From NCBI GenBank assembly GCA_963824995.1, contig CAWGRK010000010.1:270081-334080 (forward strand): DNA of 64,000 nucleotides, given 5' to 3'. Source of the stretch: an uncultured Actinomycetes bacterium (GTDB lineage: Bacteria; Actinomycetota; Acidimicrobiia; Spongiisociales; DATADW01). Positions within the stretch are counted from its first letter, which is position 1. Every line of letters begins with the position of its first letter. Below the pieces are notes generated by a model, which did no database searches, had not been told where the DNA came from, and saw nothing but the letters and a program-made list of their open reading frames with translations. The translations under genes were made by a program, and so were the position numbers. This document shows positions 33,806 to 42,320 of this stretch, piece after piece.

Positions 33806-34671
33806 ATGAAGAACCGGGGGTCGTCTGTGGCGGCAATGACCTCGGCGACCTGTGCCGGGTGCTGAGCGTGGAGGTCATGGTCGCCCTGGAGGAGCACCAC
33901 CCGGGACCGGGGGATGGCCGTCGCCTCGTGCTCGATCTTCTCCGCTCTGGCAGCGGCGTGCGGGTCAGGGCTGCAAGCCAGGATGAGGAGCATGGGGACA
34001 GCGAGCCCTGGGTAGCGGCGCCCGGGACGGTGGTTCCATAGCTGGCGTAGGATCTCGAGGTGACGGTCTCGTGGGAGCCGGCGCTCCAATCTCCCGCTCG
34101 CGCCGATATGGAGGTTGGCGATGCTCCCGGCGATCCCGGTCTCGGGCCAGTCGGGGTGTTGATGCCGCAGCCACACCTCGGCATCCTCCAGGCTCATCCC
34201 GTCCAACTCGGGTGGGGTGAGCGCCTCGAGCGCCGCTTCCCAGGTGGCGAAGGCCGTGGGCAGATCAATGAACCCTCCGTCTACTCCTGTAATCGCAGCG
34301 ACCTCAGCGGGATGCAGGAACGCCAGCTCGAGGACGACGTTGCCGCCCCACGACTGGCCGGCGACCAGAGGCCGGGACATGCCGAGACGGACCATGACCG
34401 AGCGAAGATCCTCCACCAGCGTTCCAAAGTCGTAACCGTTCTCGGGTCTGTCCGATCTGCCGTGACCCCGCTGGTCAACGGCTACCACCCGATGACCCGA
34501 CCCCGCCAGGCAGCGCCCCACTCCCTCCCAGACGTAGGCGTTCGAAGCGAGACCATGGACGAGAAGCACCTCGCGCCGTTCGCCTTCACCGGTCTCCGGA
34601 GCCCACTCGACGACGTGGAGGTGGGTCCCGTCACCGGTCCGCACCGTGTGGCTCGAGCCCATCGAATCCAT
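33802..34671 (-). CDS. Alpha/beta-fold hydrolase
   Basis: 289 aa; LLVHGLASN ... AGQSWGG nucleophile elbow ... catalytic His near the C-terminus (GDHDLH). Confidence 0.75.
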   Translation of the reverse strand: MDSMGSSHTVRTGDGTHLHVVEWAPETGEGERREVLLVHGLASNAYVWEGVGRCLAGSGHRVVAVDQRGHGRSDRPENGYDFGTLVEDLRSVMVRLGMSRPLVAGQSWGGNVVLELAFLHPAEVAAITGVDGGFIDLPTAFATWEAALEALTPPELDGMSLEDAEVWLRHQHPDWPETGIAGSIANLHIGASGRLERRLPRDRHLEILRQLWNHRPGRRYPGLAVPMLLILACSPDPHAAARAEKIEHEATAIPRSRVVLLQGDHDLHAQHPAQVAEVIAATDDPRFFI

Positions 34672-34690
34672 TGGCTGTCAAGGCTAGGGG

Positions 34691-34760
34691 CGGCAGAACC
34701 GACGGCGGACGGCGGCGGACCGGACGGCGGACGGCGGACGGCGGACGGCGGACGGCAGCC
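34691..34760 (+). repeat. Heptamer repeat copy f, (GACGGCG)n about 9 units, opposite orientation
   Basis: GACGGCGGACGGCGGCGGACCGGACGGCGGACGGCGGACGGCGGACGGCGGACGGCAGCC, about 20-90 nt upstream of the hydrolase start. Confidence 0.8.
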
Positions 34761-34825
34761 AGAATCGTGCGCCTCGTCTCGGCGAGTGTCGAGGATTGAG
34801 CCGCCAGTGGTGCTGGGGGACTCGC

Positions 34826-34849
34826 ATCCGTCTTCCGTCTTCCGTCTTC
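34826..34849 (+). repeat. Heptamer repeat copy g, variant (CCGTCTT)3, abutting the sortase stop
   Basis: CCGTCTTCCGTCTTCCGTCTTCA, where the final TCA is the TGA stop of the sortase gene. Confidence 0.75.
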
Positions 34850-35696
34850 ACGCGCTTCCGTCGACGACGGGCACTGCAAAGACAACCACGTTCGAGTCGT
34901 AGCGCCCGATCGATGTGTTGAACCCGCCACCGCAGGTCACCAGGGTGAGCACCGGGGTCCCTCCCCGCGAGAAGATCGCCTCGACGGGTAGCTCGGTCTT
35001 CAGGTAGATGTTCCGCGCCTCGACGGTGAACTCGGCGGACGTGCCGCCGGCGTAGTCCACGAAGATGCGGTCTCCGGGGTCGAGCTCATCGAGCGACCAA
35101 AAGAGACCGTAGCCGGGGCCACTGAGGTCGACGTGTGCCGCCATCACCGAGGATCCGGGTTCGCCAGGGACGGGTCCGTGGCGATACCAACCGACCTCGC
35201 TCACATTCGCCGGTACGTCCATCTGGCCGCTGTCTGGGTCGATACCCAAGGCGGCGACGGGTGCGTCCAACTCGATGGCTTCGATCCGTATCCGCACCGG
35301 TGCCGGGGGTGCAGCGGTGTCGAGGTGCTCGATCCCTGCGGGCCGGAAGTCGAGAAGCGCGGCCCTCTCCTCCTGCCGGTGATGCTGGCGCAAACGGCGC
35401 CGGCTCTCCGCCAGCCGCAGGTGGTCGGCATTCGACTCCTCGGACTCGTCTGATTCAGGAAGCCGGAGCGAGCCCGTTGGCGCAGTCGTGATCGCCATCG
35501 GCTCTGTATCGGTCGAGTCCAACGTCGGCCCTCGCTCGGTAGCGCCGATTGCACGCTCAGACGACATCAACCGGTCCACCACCGCGGCATGATCTCCCGC
35601 TGACGCCGCCGGCCTCCCGGCAAGCCAGATCAATGGTGCCCCGACCAACACACCGGCGCAGACAGCGGCCACCAACCCGAGGGTGATTCGAGACAT
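34848..35696 (-). CDS. Sortase (class E/F-type transpeptidase)
   Basis: Start MSRITLGLVAAVCAGVLVG (signal/anchor). Catalytic TLVTCGG near the C-terminus; His region in VMAAHVD. Confidence 0.75.
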   Translation of the reverse strand: MSRITLGLVAAVCAGVLVGAPLIWLAGRPAASAGDHAAVVDRLMSSERAIGATERGPTLDSTDTEPMAITTAPTGSLRLPESDESEESNADHLRLAESRRRLRQHHRQEERAALLDFRPAGIEHLDTAAPPAPVRIRIEAIELDAPVAALGIDPDSGQMDVPANVSEVGWYRHGPVPGEPGSSVMAAHVDLSGPGYGLFWSLDELDPGDRIFVDYAGGTSAEFTVEARNIYLKTELPVEAIFSRGGTPVLTLVTCGGGFNTSIGRYDSNVVVFAVPVVDGSA

Positions 35697-35802
35697 CCCA
35701 TTCAATGTACGGAGCAGAACGCCGACCGGGTTGGTCTTCCAACCCGTTTTGGCGTCACCCAGCGCGGATCTACCGCGTCGAGTGACGCCAAAGGGTGCTG
35801 CT

Positions 35803-36594
35803 TCAGGGCCGGCGGGCCAAGGCGACCGAGCCCGCCACACCGACCGCGGCCACTGCCATGAGCAGACCCAGCCACAACGGGAACGCACCGGCAGCACCGC
35901 CGTCGCCGGTGGGCACTCCAGATGGCGACTCGTGCAGACCGGAGATGGTCTGTACTGCGACCGTGAACGGACCGTCGAGCGTTCCGATGGCGTAGGCGAT
36001 CAGCGACTCACCCTCAACCACCGGCACCGCATCTGTCGAGAACACCGGATCGCCACCGCCGGCTGGCACGATGCTGATCGGGTAGTCGGCGGCAGGAACG
36101 TCGAGTTGCGCCTCGTTGGGATTTGTCAAACCCTCAGCGAGTGCGGTGTCCCCGGAGAGCACGTCGACGGCGGGGGCTGCCGCCGTGTGACGAAGCACAA
36201 CCCGCCCATTGCCGGCATCGATCGACGACGTGTCATTCACAAACACCGTAAGTGCTGGGTCGCCGCCTTCGGTGAGGTGCGCCACGATCGAAGCGTTCGC
36301 ACCGGCCGGGAGGGTCACCGTGTCGGCGAGCGCCGGCTCGTCGGCCTCCGGGTCGGCGCCACCGGCGAAGATCTCGATGTCGTAGTCGGCGGCTGGCAGT
36401 TCCAGCGGATCGGTCACCGTCGCAAAGGTGAATCCTTCGAGGGTCAGGTCTCCGTTGACGTAGACATCAACGGGGAAGTCGTTATCTCCTGGGATCCCAT
36501 GGACCACGGTGATGATCCCGGTCTCCTGGGCAAGGGCAGCCGACGCCGGGAGCATCGCAAGTACGAACGCCACGGCCAATGTTCTGATCCGCAT
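35803..36594 (-). CDS. Secreted DUF4397-domain protein with a sorting-signal-like C-terminus (putative sortase substrate)
   Basis: Signal peptide MRIRTLAVAFVLAMLPASAALAQE. C-terminus ...SGVPTGDGGAAGAFPLWLGLLMAVAAVGVAGSVALARRP has a degenerate xPTG motif, a hydrophobic segment and a basic tail. Confidence 0.6.
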   Translation of the reverse strand: MRIRTLAVAFVLAMLPASAALAQETGIITVVHGIPGDNDFPVDVYVNGDLTLEGFTFATVTDPLELPAADYDIEIFAGGADPEADEPALADTVTLPAGANASIVAHLTEGGDPALTVFVNDTSSIDAGNGRVVLRHTAAAPAVDVLSGDTALAEGLTNPNEAQLDVPAADYPISIVPAGGGDPVFSTDAVPVVEGESLIAYAIGTLDGPFTVAVQTISGLHESPSGVPTGDGGAAGAFPLWLGLLMAVAAVGVAGSVALARRP

Positions 36595-36737
36595 CTCGTT
36601 TCCTTTCTTCGAGTACCTGCCTGTGATACGGAGCGCAGTTCGGTTGGGATGACTCCGCGGTCTTTGGGCTGCGAATAATTAGTGCTAAAACTTGTCCATG
36701 CCTTCTCGTCGCAGCCGCGACACTCCGACTGAGCCAG

Positions 36738-37286
36738 TTGACATGCGGCTTCGGTTCCAGCTCACGTCTGCGCGACCACGAGTCATTTGCCGAGGCGTTC
36801 AGGCTCCACTCCGGCTCGGTTCACGGTCTGGCCCGCCGGCTCACCCACGACCCCGGGCTGGCCGAGGACGTCGTCCAGGAAGTTTTCCTCCGGCTCTGGC
36901 GAAGCCCAGAGCGGTATGACCCATTTCGGGGAACGCTCCGCTCCTATCTCCTCTCGCATGCCCACGGTCGGAGCGTCGATCTCATCCGATCGGAGGCGGC
37001 CCGTCGTTTACGACAGGAGAGGGTTGGGCTGGAGCGGATGGGTGCTGCAGCCGCCCCGGACGACGAGGTGTGTGCATGGGAGGAGGCCGAACGGCTGCGC
37101 GCTGCTGTGTTGCGTCTCGACGACAGAGAACGGCGCCCCATCGAACTGGCCTACTTCGATGGGTTCACCTACCGCCAGGTCGCGGAGTTCCTCGGTGAGC
37201 CAGAGGGAACCGTGAAAAGCAGAATCCGATCGGGTATGAAGCGTCTCAGGACGGCACTCGTGGGAGATGGCATCGGTGGGCAGTGA
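36738..37286 (+). CDS. ECF-family RNA polymerase sigma factor
   Basis: Region 2 VQEVFLRLWRSPERYDP and region 4 ELAYFDGFTYRQVAEFLGEPEGTVKSRIRSGMKRLR. TTG start in the ORF track. No anti-sigma ORF follows. Confidence 0.8.
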   Translation: MTCGFGSSSRLRDHESFAEAFRLHSGSVHGLARRLTHDPGLAEDVVQEVFLRLWRSPERYDPFRGTLRSYLLSHAHGRSVDLIRSEAARRLRQERVGLERMGAAAAPDDEVCAWEEAERLRAAVLRLDDRERRPIELAYFDGFTYRQVAEFLGEPEGTVKSRIRSGMKRLRTALVGDGIGGQ

Positions 37287-37357
37287 TGGCACCGGCCGTG
37301 CACTGACCGGCTGCTATCAACCTGCTCGATGCGGGAGAGAAGCCGTGCCGAGACTGG

Positions 37358-38395
37358 ATGCCGATGAGGAACCGTTCGTCTACAGCTTTCGAATCGCCCC
37401 ACGACCAAGACTTCGAGCGGCTCGCCCGGCGGGCGCGGACGATTTCCACGGTGGTGGTGCTGTTCGTTGCAGTCACCTTGCTCTCACCGGCGATTCTCGG
37501 GCTCACCGTGATCGCCGATGTGATCCGGGGGCCGGGAAGACACCGTTGGATGATCACGCGCCTTGCCGTTTTTGGTTGGGTGTTCCTCGCCTCCGAGACC
37601 ATCGGGCTGATCGGTCTCGGTGCGGCCTGGCTGGTGGGTGCCGGTGGCCGGCGAACGGTCGATCTCACCTGGGCGCTTCAGCGGTGGTGGTCGTCCACGC
37701 TGTTCAAGTCGCTGAAATCGGTGTTCCAGCTTCGATTCGTCGTCCAGGGTGACGAGGAGATCGCACCGGGTCCGATCCTGTTGATGATGCGCCACGCCAG
37801 CATCGTCGACAACCTGTTGCCGGCCGGGTTGGTGAGCCTTCCTCATGACATCCGGTTGCGCTACGTGCTCAAGAAGGAGCTTCTCTGGGACCCTGTCCTG
37901 GACATCGGAGGTCAAAGGCTCCCCAACGTTTTCGTGCGCCGTGATGGCTCCGACTCAGTCACCGAGATCGCCCAGATCCGACGTCTCGGGGCGGGTCTGA
38001 CCGAGCGTGAAGGGGTGCTGATCTACCCCGAGGGGACCCGATTCACGCCCAGGAAGCGCGATCAGGCGATCCGTCGGCTGGAGAGGACGGATCCCGGATT
38101 GGCGAACCAGGCGAGGCGGCTGCGTCGACTGCTACCGCCCCGGCCGGGTGGCCCATTGGCGCTGCTCGACTCGGGCGCCGATGTGGTGGTGTGTGCCCAT
38201 CAGGGACTGGAGGGACTGGCCCAGGTGAGCGACGTGCTACGCGTCGGATTGGTGGGGAAGACCATCCACGTCGGCTTCCGCCGGGTCAAGGCGGAGCAGA
38301 TCCCCGAGGACCGCAGCGAGCGTGTCGCCTGGCTGTTCGATCAGTGGCAACAGATCGACGATTGGATCGAATCGGTCCAGTCCGAGGTCCGATGA
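37358..38395 (+). CDS. 1-acyl-sn-glycerol-3-phosphate acyltransferase family protein (PlsC-like)
   Basis: HASIVD (HX4D) and YPEGTR acyltransferase motifs; N-terminal TM segment. Confidence 0.75.
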   Translation: MPMRNRSSTAFESPHDQDFERLARRARTISTVVVLFVAVTLLSPAILGLTVIADVIRGPGRHRWMITRLAVFGWVFLASETIGLIGLGAAWLVGAGGRRTVDLTWALQRWWSSTLFKSLKSVFQLRFVVQGDEEIAPGPILLMMRHASIVDNLLPAGLVSLPHDIRLRYVLKKELLWDPVLDIGGQRLPNVFVRRDGSDSVTEIAQIRRLGAGLTEREGVLIYPEGTRFTPRKRDQAIRRLERTDPGLANQARRLRRLLPPRPGGPLALLDSGADVVVCAHQGLEGLAQVSDVLRVGLVGKTIHVGFRRVKAEQIPEDRSERVAWLFDQWQQIDDWIESVQSEVR

Positions 38396-39189
38396 TGGAG
38401 GGCCTCGGTTCGGTGCTCATGGCCTCGGCAGTGGCTGTCGCAGTTCTCATGATCGTCACCTGGTTGGTGAGCCTCCCCATCCGCAACGCCTCGATCGTCG
38501 ACATCGTGTGGGGTCTGGGCTTCGTCACCGTGGCTTGGACGGCGTTCCTTGTTTCCGATGGCGCCGACCCGCGTCGCTGGCTGCTGACGGCACTAACCAC
38601 GGTCTGGGGGCTGAGGTTGTCCGTCTACCTGGCGATGCGAAACCTCGGCAAGGAGGAGGACTACCGGTATCAGGAAATGAGACGCCGTCACGGTGACCGC
38701 TTCGGCCTCGTCAGCCTGGGGACGGTCTTCGGGCTCCAAGGCGCGCTCATGTGGGTGGTCTCGCTCCCCGTGCAGGCCGGCCAGGTTCCGACATCACCAC
38801 CCACGTTGACTTGGGTGGACTACCTCGGAGCGGGTGTCTGGCTGGTGGGACTGGTGTTCGAATCGGTCGGAGATTGGCAACTGGCCAGGTTCAAGGCCGA
38901 CCCGGCGAACAAGGGCAAGGTGATGGACCGTGGGCTCTGGCGGTACACCCGCCACCCCAACTATTTCGGTGACTTCATGGTCTGGTGGGGCCTCTACGTG
39001 ATCGCTCTGGCCACGGGTGTCGCCTGGTGGACGGTCATAGGGCCGGTAGTGATGTCAATCCTGCTCATCCGGGTCTCCGGCAAGGCAATGCTCGAGAAGA
39101 CCATCGGGAAGCGGCGCCCGGGATACGACGACTACGTCCGTCGCACCAGCGGGTTCTTCCCGATGCCGCCCGGACGAGAGGGCCGGTGA
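38392..39189 (+). CDS. DUF1295 / steroid 5-alpha-reductase-like membrane protein (possible methyltransferase-like ICMT fold)
   Basis: Start MMEGLG overlapping the PlsC stop. Polytopic. WRYTRHPNYFGDF motif. Confidence 0.7.
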   Translation: MMEGLGSVLMASAVAVAVLMIVTWLVSLPIRNASIVDIVWGLGFVTVAWTAFLVSDGADPRRWLLTALTTVWGLRLSVYLAMRNLGKEEDYRYQEMRRRHGDRFGLVSLGTVFGLQGALMWVVSLPVQAGQVPTSPPTLTWVDYLGAGVWLVGLVFESVGDWQLARFKADPANKGKVMDRGLWRYTRHPNYFGDFMVWWGLYVIALATGVAWWTVIGPVVMSILLIRVSGKAMLEKTIGKRRPGYDDYVRRTSGFFPMPPGREGR

Positions 39190-39218
39190 CTCCCGGCGTC
39201 GCGGCTGCGGTCCGATGC

Positions 39219-40073
39219 TCACCGATCGGCCGAGGGCCGACCGTTAGTTCCCCGTTCTGCCAAGAGGACTTCGAGCAATTCGACGCCTTCGGCGGCGGTT
39301 GCGGCCCATCCATCCGCTCCCATGCTGGTGGCTTCTTCCTGGTTGGTCCCCCGCCCGCCGAGGAGGACCGGGGTGTCCGGCCCAGCGGCGCGGCGTGCCG
39401 TTCGAACGGTGGCAGCCAACTGCCTTCGGTTGCTGGACACCACCGCACCTATACCTACCGCCCTCAGCCGATCGACCCGTCCGATGGCAGATGCCAGCGA
39501 GTCGAGCGGGACATCGGCCCCGAGATCGATCGGCTCGAATCCGGCCCCGAGTAGGACATCTCCCGCCATGGCGATCCCGAGTCCATGCCTGTCGTTGGGT
39601 GGCATCGCCAGCACCACGGAACCGCGTGTCCTGCCCCTGCGCGCAAACCGGGGTCCAAGCCGCCCTATCAGTCGGTGGGCGATGGCTGTGGCCAGATGCT
39701 CCTGCCCGGGGTCGATCTCGCCGGCAGCCCATCGATCACCGATCGACCTGAGCGCCGGTCCGAGAGCCTCGGTGTAAATCTCCACTGGTTCGATGCCGCC
39801 GGTGAGCGCAGCCTCGACGACCGCCCAGGCGCCGGCCTGGTCGCCACCGAGAAGCCGCGCCTCCATCCGGCTCGCCCAGTCGGCCCGACGACGGGGTGAC
39901 GTCTCGATGCTTCCGCGTTCGAGAAAGCCGTCGAGGTCGCCCCGGTCTACCTGCCACACCGACCCGACCTTGCTCGCCGGCAACTGCCCGAGCCGCACAT
40001 AGCGGTATGCCGTCATGTAGTGGACGCCAAGCGTCTGCGCCACTTCCACCAGGCCCAAAACGTCGCCAGACAC
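39219..40073 (-). CDS. HTH (MerR/excisionase-type) + cobalamin-binding-domain regulator (CarH/LitR-like)
   Basis: N-term LGLVEVAQTLGVHYMTAYRYVRLGQLP HTH. B12-binding DxHxxG motif in PPNDRHGLGIAMAGDVL. Confidence 0.65.
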   Translation of the reverse strand: MSGDVLGLVEVAQTLGVHYMTAYRYVRLGQLPASKVGSVWQVDRGDLDGFLERGSIETSPRRRADWASRMEARLLGGDQAGAWAVVEAALTGGIEPVEIYTEALGPALRSIGDRWAAGEIDPGQEHLATAIAHRLIGRLGPRFARRGRTRGSVVLAMPPNDRHGLGIAMAGDVLLGAGFEPIDLGADVPLDSLASAIGRVDRLRAVGIGAVVSSNRRQLAATVRTARRAAGPDTPVLLGGRGTNQEEATSMGADGWAATAAEGVELLEVLLAERGTNGRPSADR

Positions 40074-40212
40074 GTCGGCAGGCTAGGAGCAGAACACATT
40101 GAGTGGTAATAGCCCACCGGTCGGTGAGGCCAACGTCGGCGAGAACGCGAAGACGGCCGGTTGCGCTCCGGGCCCGATGACCTAGATTTAGCGCGAATCA
40201 AAGGGGGTCACC

Positions 40213-40506
40213 ATGGAGAGCCGAGAGGTCGGCGAGGAGGTTGCCACGATCCCGCAGTGGCGGGCGCTGGCGTCGTGCGCCAGGTACACACCGGAGCTCT
40301 TCTTCCCGGCGGGAGAGACCGGGCTGGCCGGAGCGCAGATAGAAATGGCCAAGCGGATCTGCATCGGCTGCCCGGTACGCCAGGAGTGCCTCGACTACGC
40401 CCTGGCAAGCAATCAGCGCTTCGGCGTTTGGGGTGGGCTCACCGAGGAGGAACGGCGACCGGTACGTCGCCGCTGGTTGATGGAGACCCGTCGCCTCGTC
40501 TCTTGA
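40213..40506 (+). CDS. WhiB-family (Wbl) Fe-S transcription factor
   Basis: 97 aa; Cys at C22 ... C51-I-G-C54 ... C60 and the C-terminal G[VI]WGG turn plus basic tail (GVWGGLTEEERRPVRRRW). Confidence 0.85.
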   Translation: MESREVGEEVATIPQWRALASCARYTPELFFPAGETGLAGAQIEMAKRICIGCPVRQECLDYALASNQRFGVWGGLTEEERRPVRRRWLMETRRLVS

Positions 40507-40602
40507 CCGTCTGGATGACTCGATCCACCTCGGCGCACCCGTCGTGGTCCGGGTCCTCCCGCTCAGATCCCTAGATTGCCGGTTGAAGCCCGGAGGTGAC
40601 GG

Positions 40603-41588
40603 GTGCCGGTAGTCGATCAGGCGCTCTATGTCGACGGCGAAACGCAGCGAGGAACCGTTCATCCTCGAAGGTGCACGCTTCGCCTGTCGCGACCCGAACG
40701 TCTTCGCCTGGATCGGCCTGTTGAGCCGACGGAGGCGGAGTTCGACGCCGTGGCCGCCGAGTTCGACCTCCACGAGCTAGCCGTCGAGGACGGTCACAAG
40801 GTCAAGCACCAGCGGCCCAAGCTCGAGATCTACGGCAACACGATGCTGGTAGTGCTCAAGACGGCTCGCTATGTCGACTCAGAGGAAGTGGTCGACTTCG
40901 GCGAGATCGCCCTCTACTTGAGCAGGGAGTTCGTCATTGCGGTGCGACACGGGGAAGCCAGTGCACTCCGAGGCGTTCGGAAGCGGATCGAGGATCGCCC
41001 CGACCTCCTCGCACTCGGCCCCGGTGCGGTGCTCTACGGGATTCTCGACAAGGTCGTGGACGACTACATGCCGGTGATGGACGGGCTCGACAATGACATC
41101 CAGGAAGTCGAGCAGGAGGTCTTCTCGACTGTCGGAGGAGGAGACAACCCAGCCGAACGCATCTACTACCTGAAAAGGGAAGTGCTCGAGTTCGATCGGG
41201 CGGCCCATCCCCTACTCGAGCCGCTCGAGCAATTGGCCAAAGGGGACCGGTTCGAGCAGATACCGCAGTCGTTGACTCCTATTTCCGTGACATCGCCGAT
41301 CACCTGACCCGCGTGGTCGAACAGATCACACAGTTCCGCGACCTGCTCACCTCGATCCTCGAGGCCAACCTCACCCAGGTGAGCGTTCGGCAGAACAACG
41401 ACATGCGAAAGATCACCGCCTGGGTGGCGATCGTCGCCGTCCCCACCATGCTCGCCGGCATCTGGGGCATGAACTTCGAGTTCATGCCCGAATTGAACTC
41501 GCCATTCGGGTACCCGGTGGCTCTGCTCATCATGGCCGCCTCCAGCTTCTTGATATATCGAAAGCTCAAGAAGAGCGGCTGGCTCTAG
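40603..41588 (+). pseudogene. corA: Magnesium/cobalt transporter CorA; three frame changes (two compensating near 40640-40730, one near 41270)
   Basis: GMNFEFMPEL (GMN motif) and two C-terminal TM segments. FRDIADHLTRVVEQI is readable only in the shifted frame. N-terminal RDPNVFAWIGL is in the alternate frame. Confidence 0.7.
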
Positions 41589-41601
41589 GAGCCGGTCGGC
41601 T

Positions 41602-42273
41602 TCACGCCAGGTCGTCCAGGTAGAGAGGGAGCATCTGCGCCCAGGTCGGCCAGTCGTGGTCGTGCTCGTGGCCCCAAAGGTCCACACGGCTTGGGATGCT
41701 CTTCGACCCGAGAACGTGGGCCATTCTCCAGGTCTCACCTGGGTTCTCCCAACGCCCCCGTCCCGTGGCGAGCACGACGAACCGGCGTCGAAGCTGGTCG
41801 AGTTGGTCGCCTTCGAGCCCCGGCAGGAAGTGGAGCGGCGACGAGTAATAGACGTCGTCGCTCCAGGTCCCGTGTAGCCAGGCGCTGAGGTCGTACGTCC
41901 CGCTCATCCCGATCGCCGCCCGGAAGGTCCAGGGGTGACGGCACAACGAGGCGACGGCATTGAAGGCGCCGATCGAGGCGCCGGCAGTGATCACCTCGAC
42001 GCTGTCGTCATTGCAATCGGTGCGTATGGAGGGAACCAGTTCTTCGTGGATGAACCCGTCGAACTGACCCTGCAGCCAGGCGGAGTGCCGCGGGTCGGCG
42101 CCCACCAGCCAGGAACGCCCGGCAATGCTGTCGCAGGAATAGACCTTGATTCGCTCTTGATCGATCAAGGGCCAGAGCGCACCGACGAGTCCCATCCGGT
42201 CGATCTCGCCGGCGTCACCTCCTGCGGTGGGAAACACCAGGACCGGTGTGCCCCATGAGCCCCACTTGCTCAC
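41602..42273 (-). CDS. Esterase-family protein (PF00756-like putative esterase, alpha/beta fold)
   Basis: 223 aa; YSCDSIAGRSW ... GASIGAF nucleophile region. Confidence 0.6.
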   Translation of the reverse strand: MSKWGSWGTPVLVFPTAGGDAGEIDRMGLVGALWPLIDQERIKVYSCDSIAGRSWLVGADPRHSAWLQGQFDGFIHEELVPSIRTDCNDDSVEVITAGASIGAFNAVASLCRHPWTFRAAIGMSGTYDLSAWLHGTWSDDVYYSSPLHFLPGLEGDQLDQLRRRFVVLATGRGRWENPGETWRMAHVLGSKSIPSRVDLWGHEHDHDWPTWAQMLPLYLDDLA

Positions 42274-42320
42274 GGTGACGTGTTGGTCGAGCCGATCCGA
42301 GAACCAACCGGTGAATTCGC

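Noticed and set aside
7857-34849. The heptamer repeats as a CRISPR array or as Illumina P7 adapter contamination (GCCGTCTTC)
   Set aside because: There are no spacers and the units are 7 nt, so this is not CRISPR. Copies occur at seven distinct loci embedded in contiguous, syntenic gene context and in both orientations, which adapter remnants would not do.
37267-37752. 161-aa ORF downstream of the ECF sigma factor as a candidate anti-sigma factor
   Set aside because: It overlaps the PlsC-like acyltransferase in another frame, has no zinc-finger anti-sigma (HxxxCxxC) or TM signature, and is Arg/Gly-rich.
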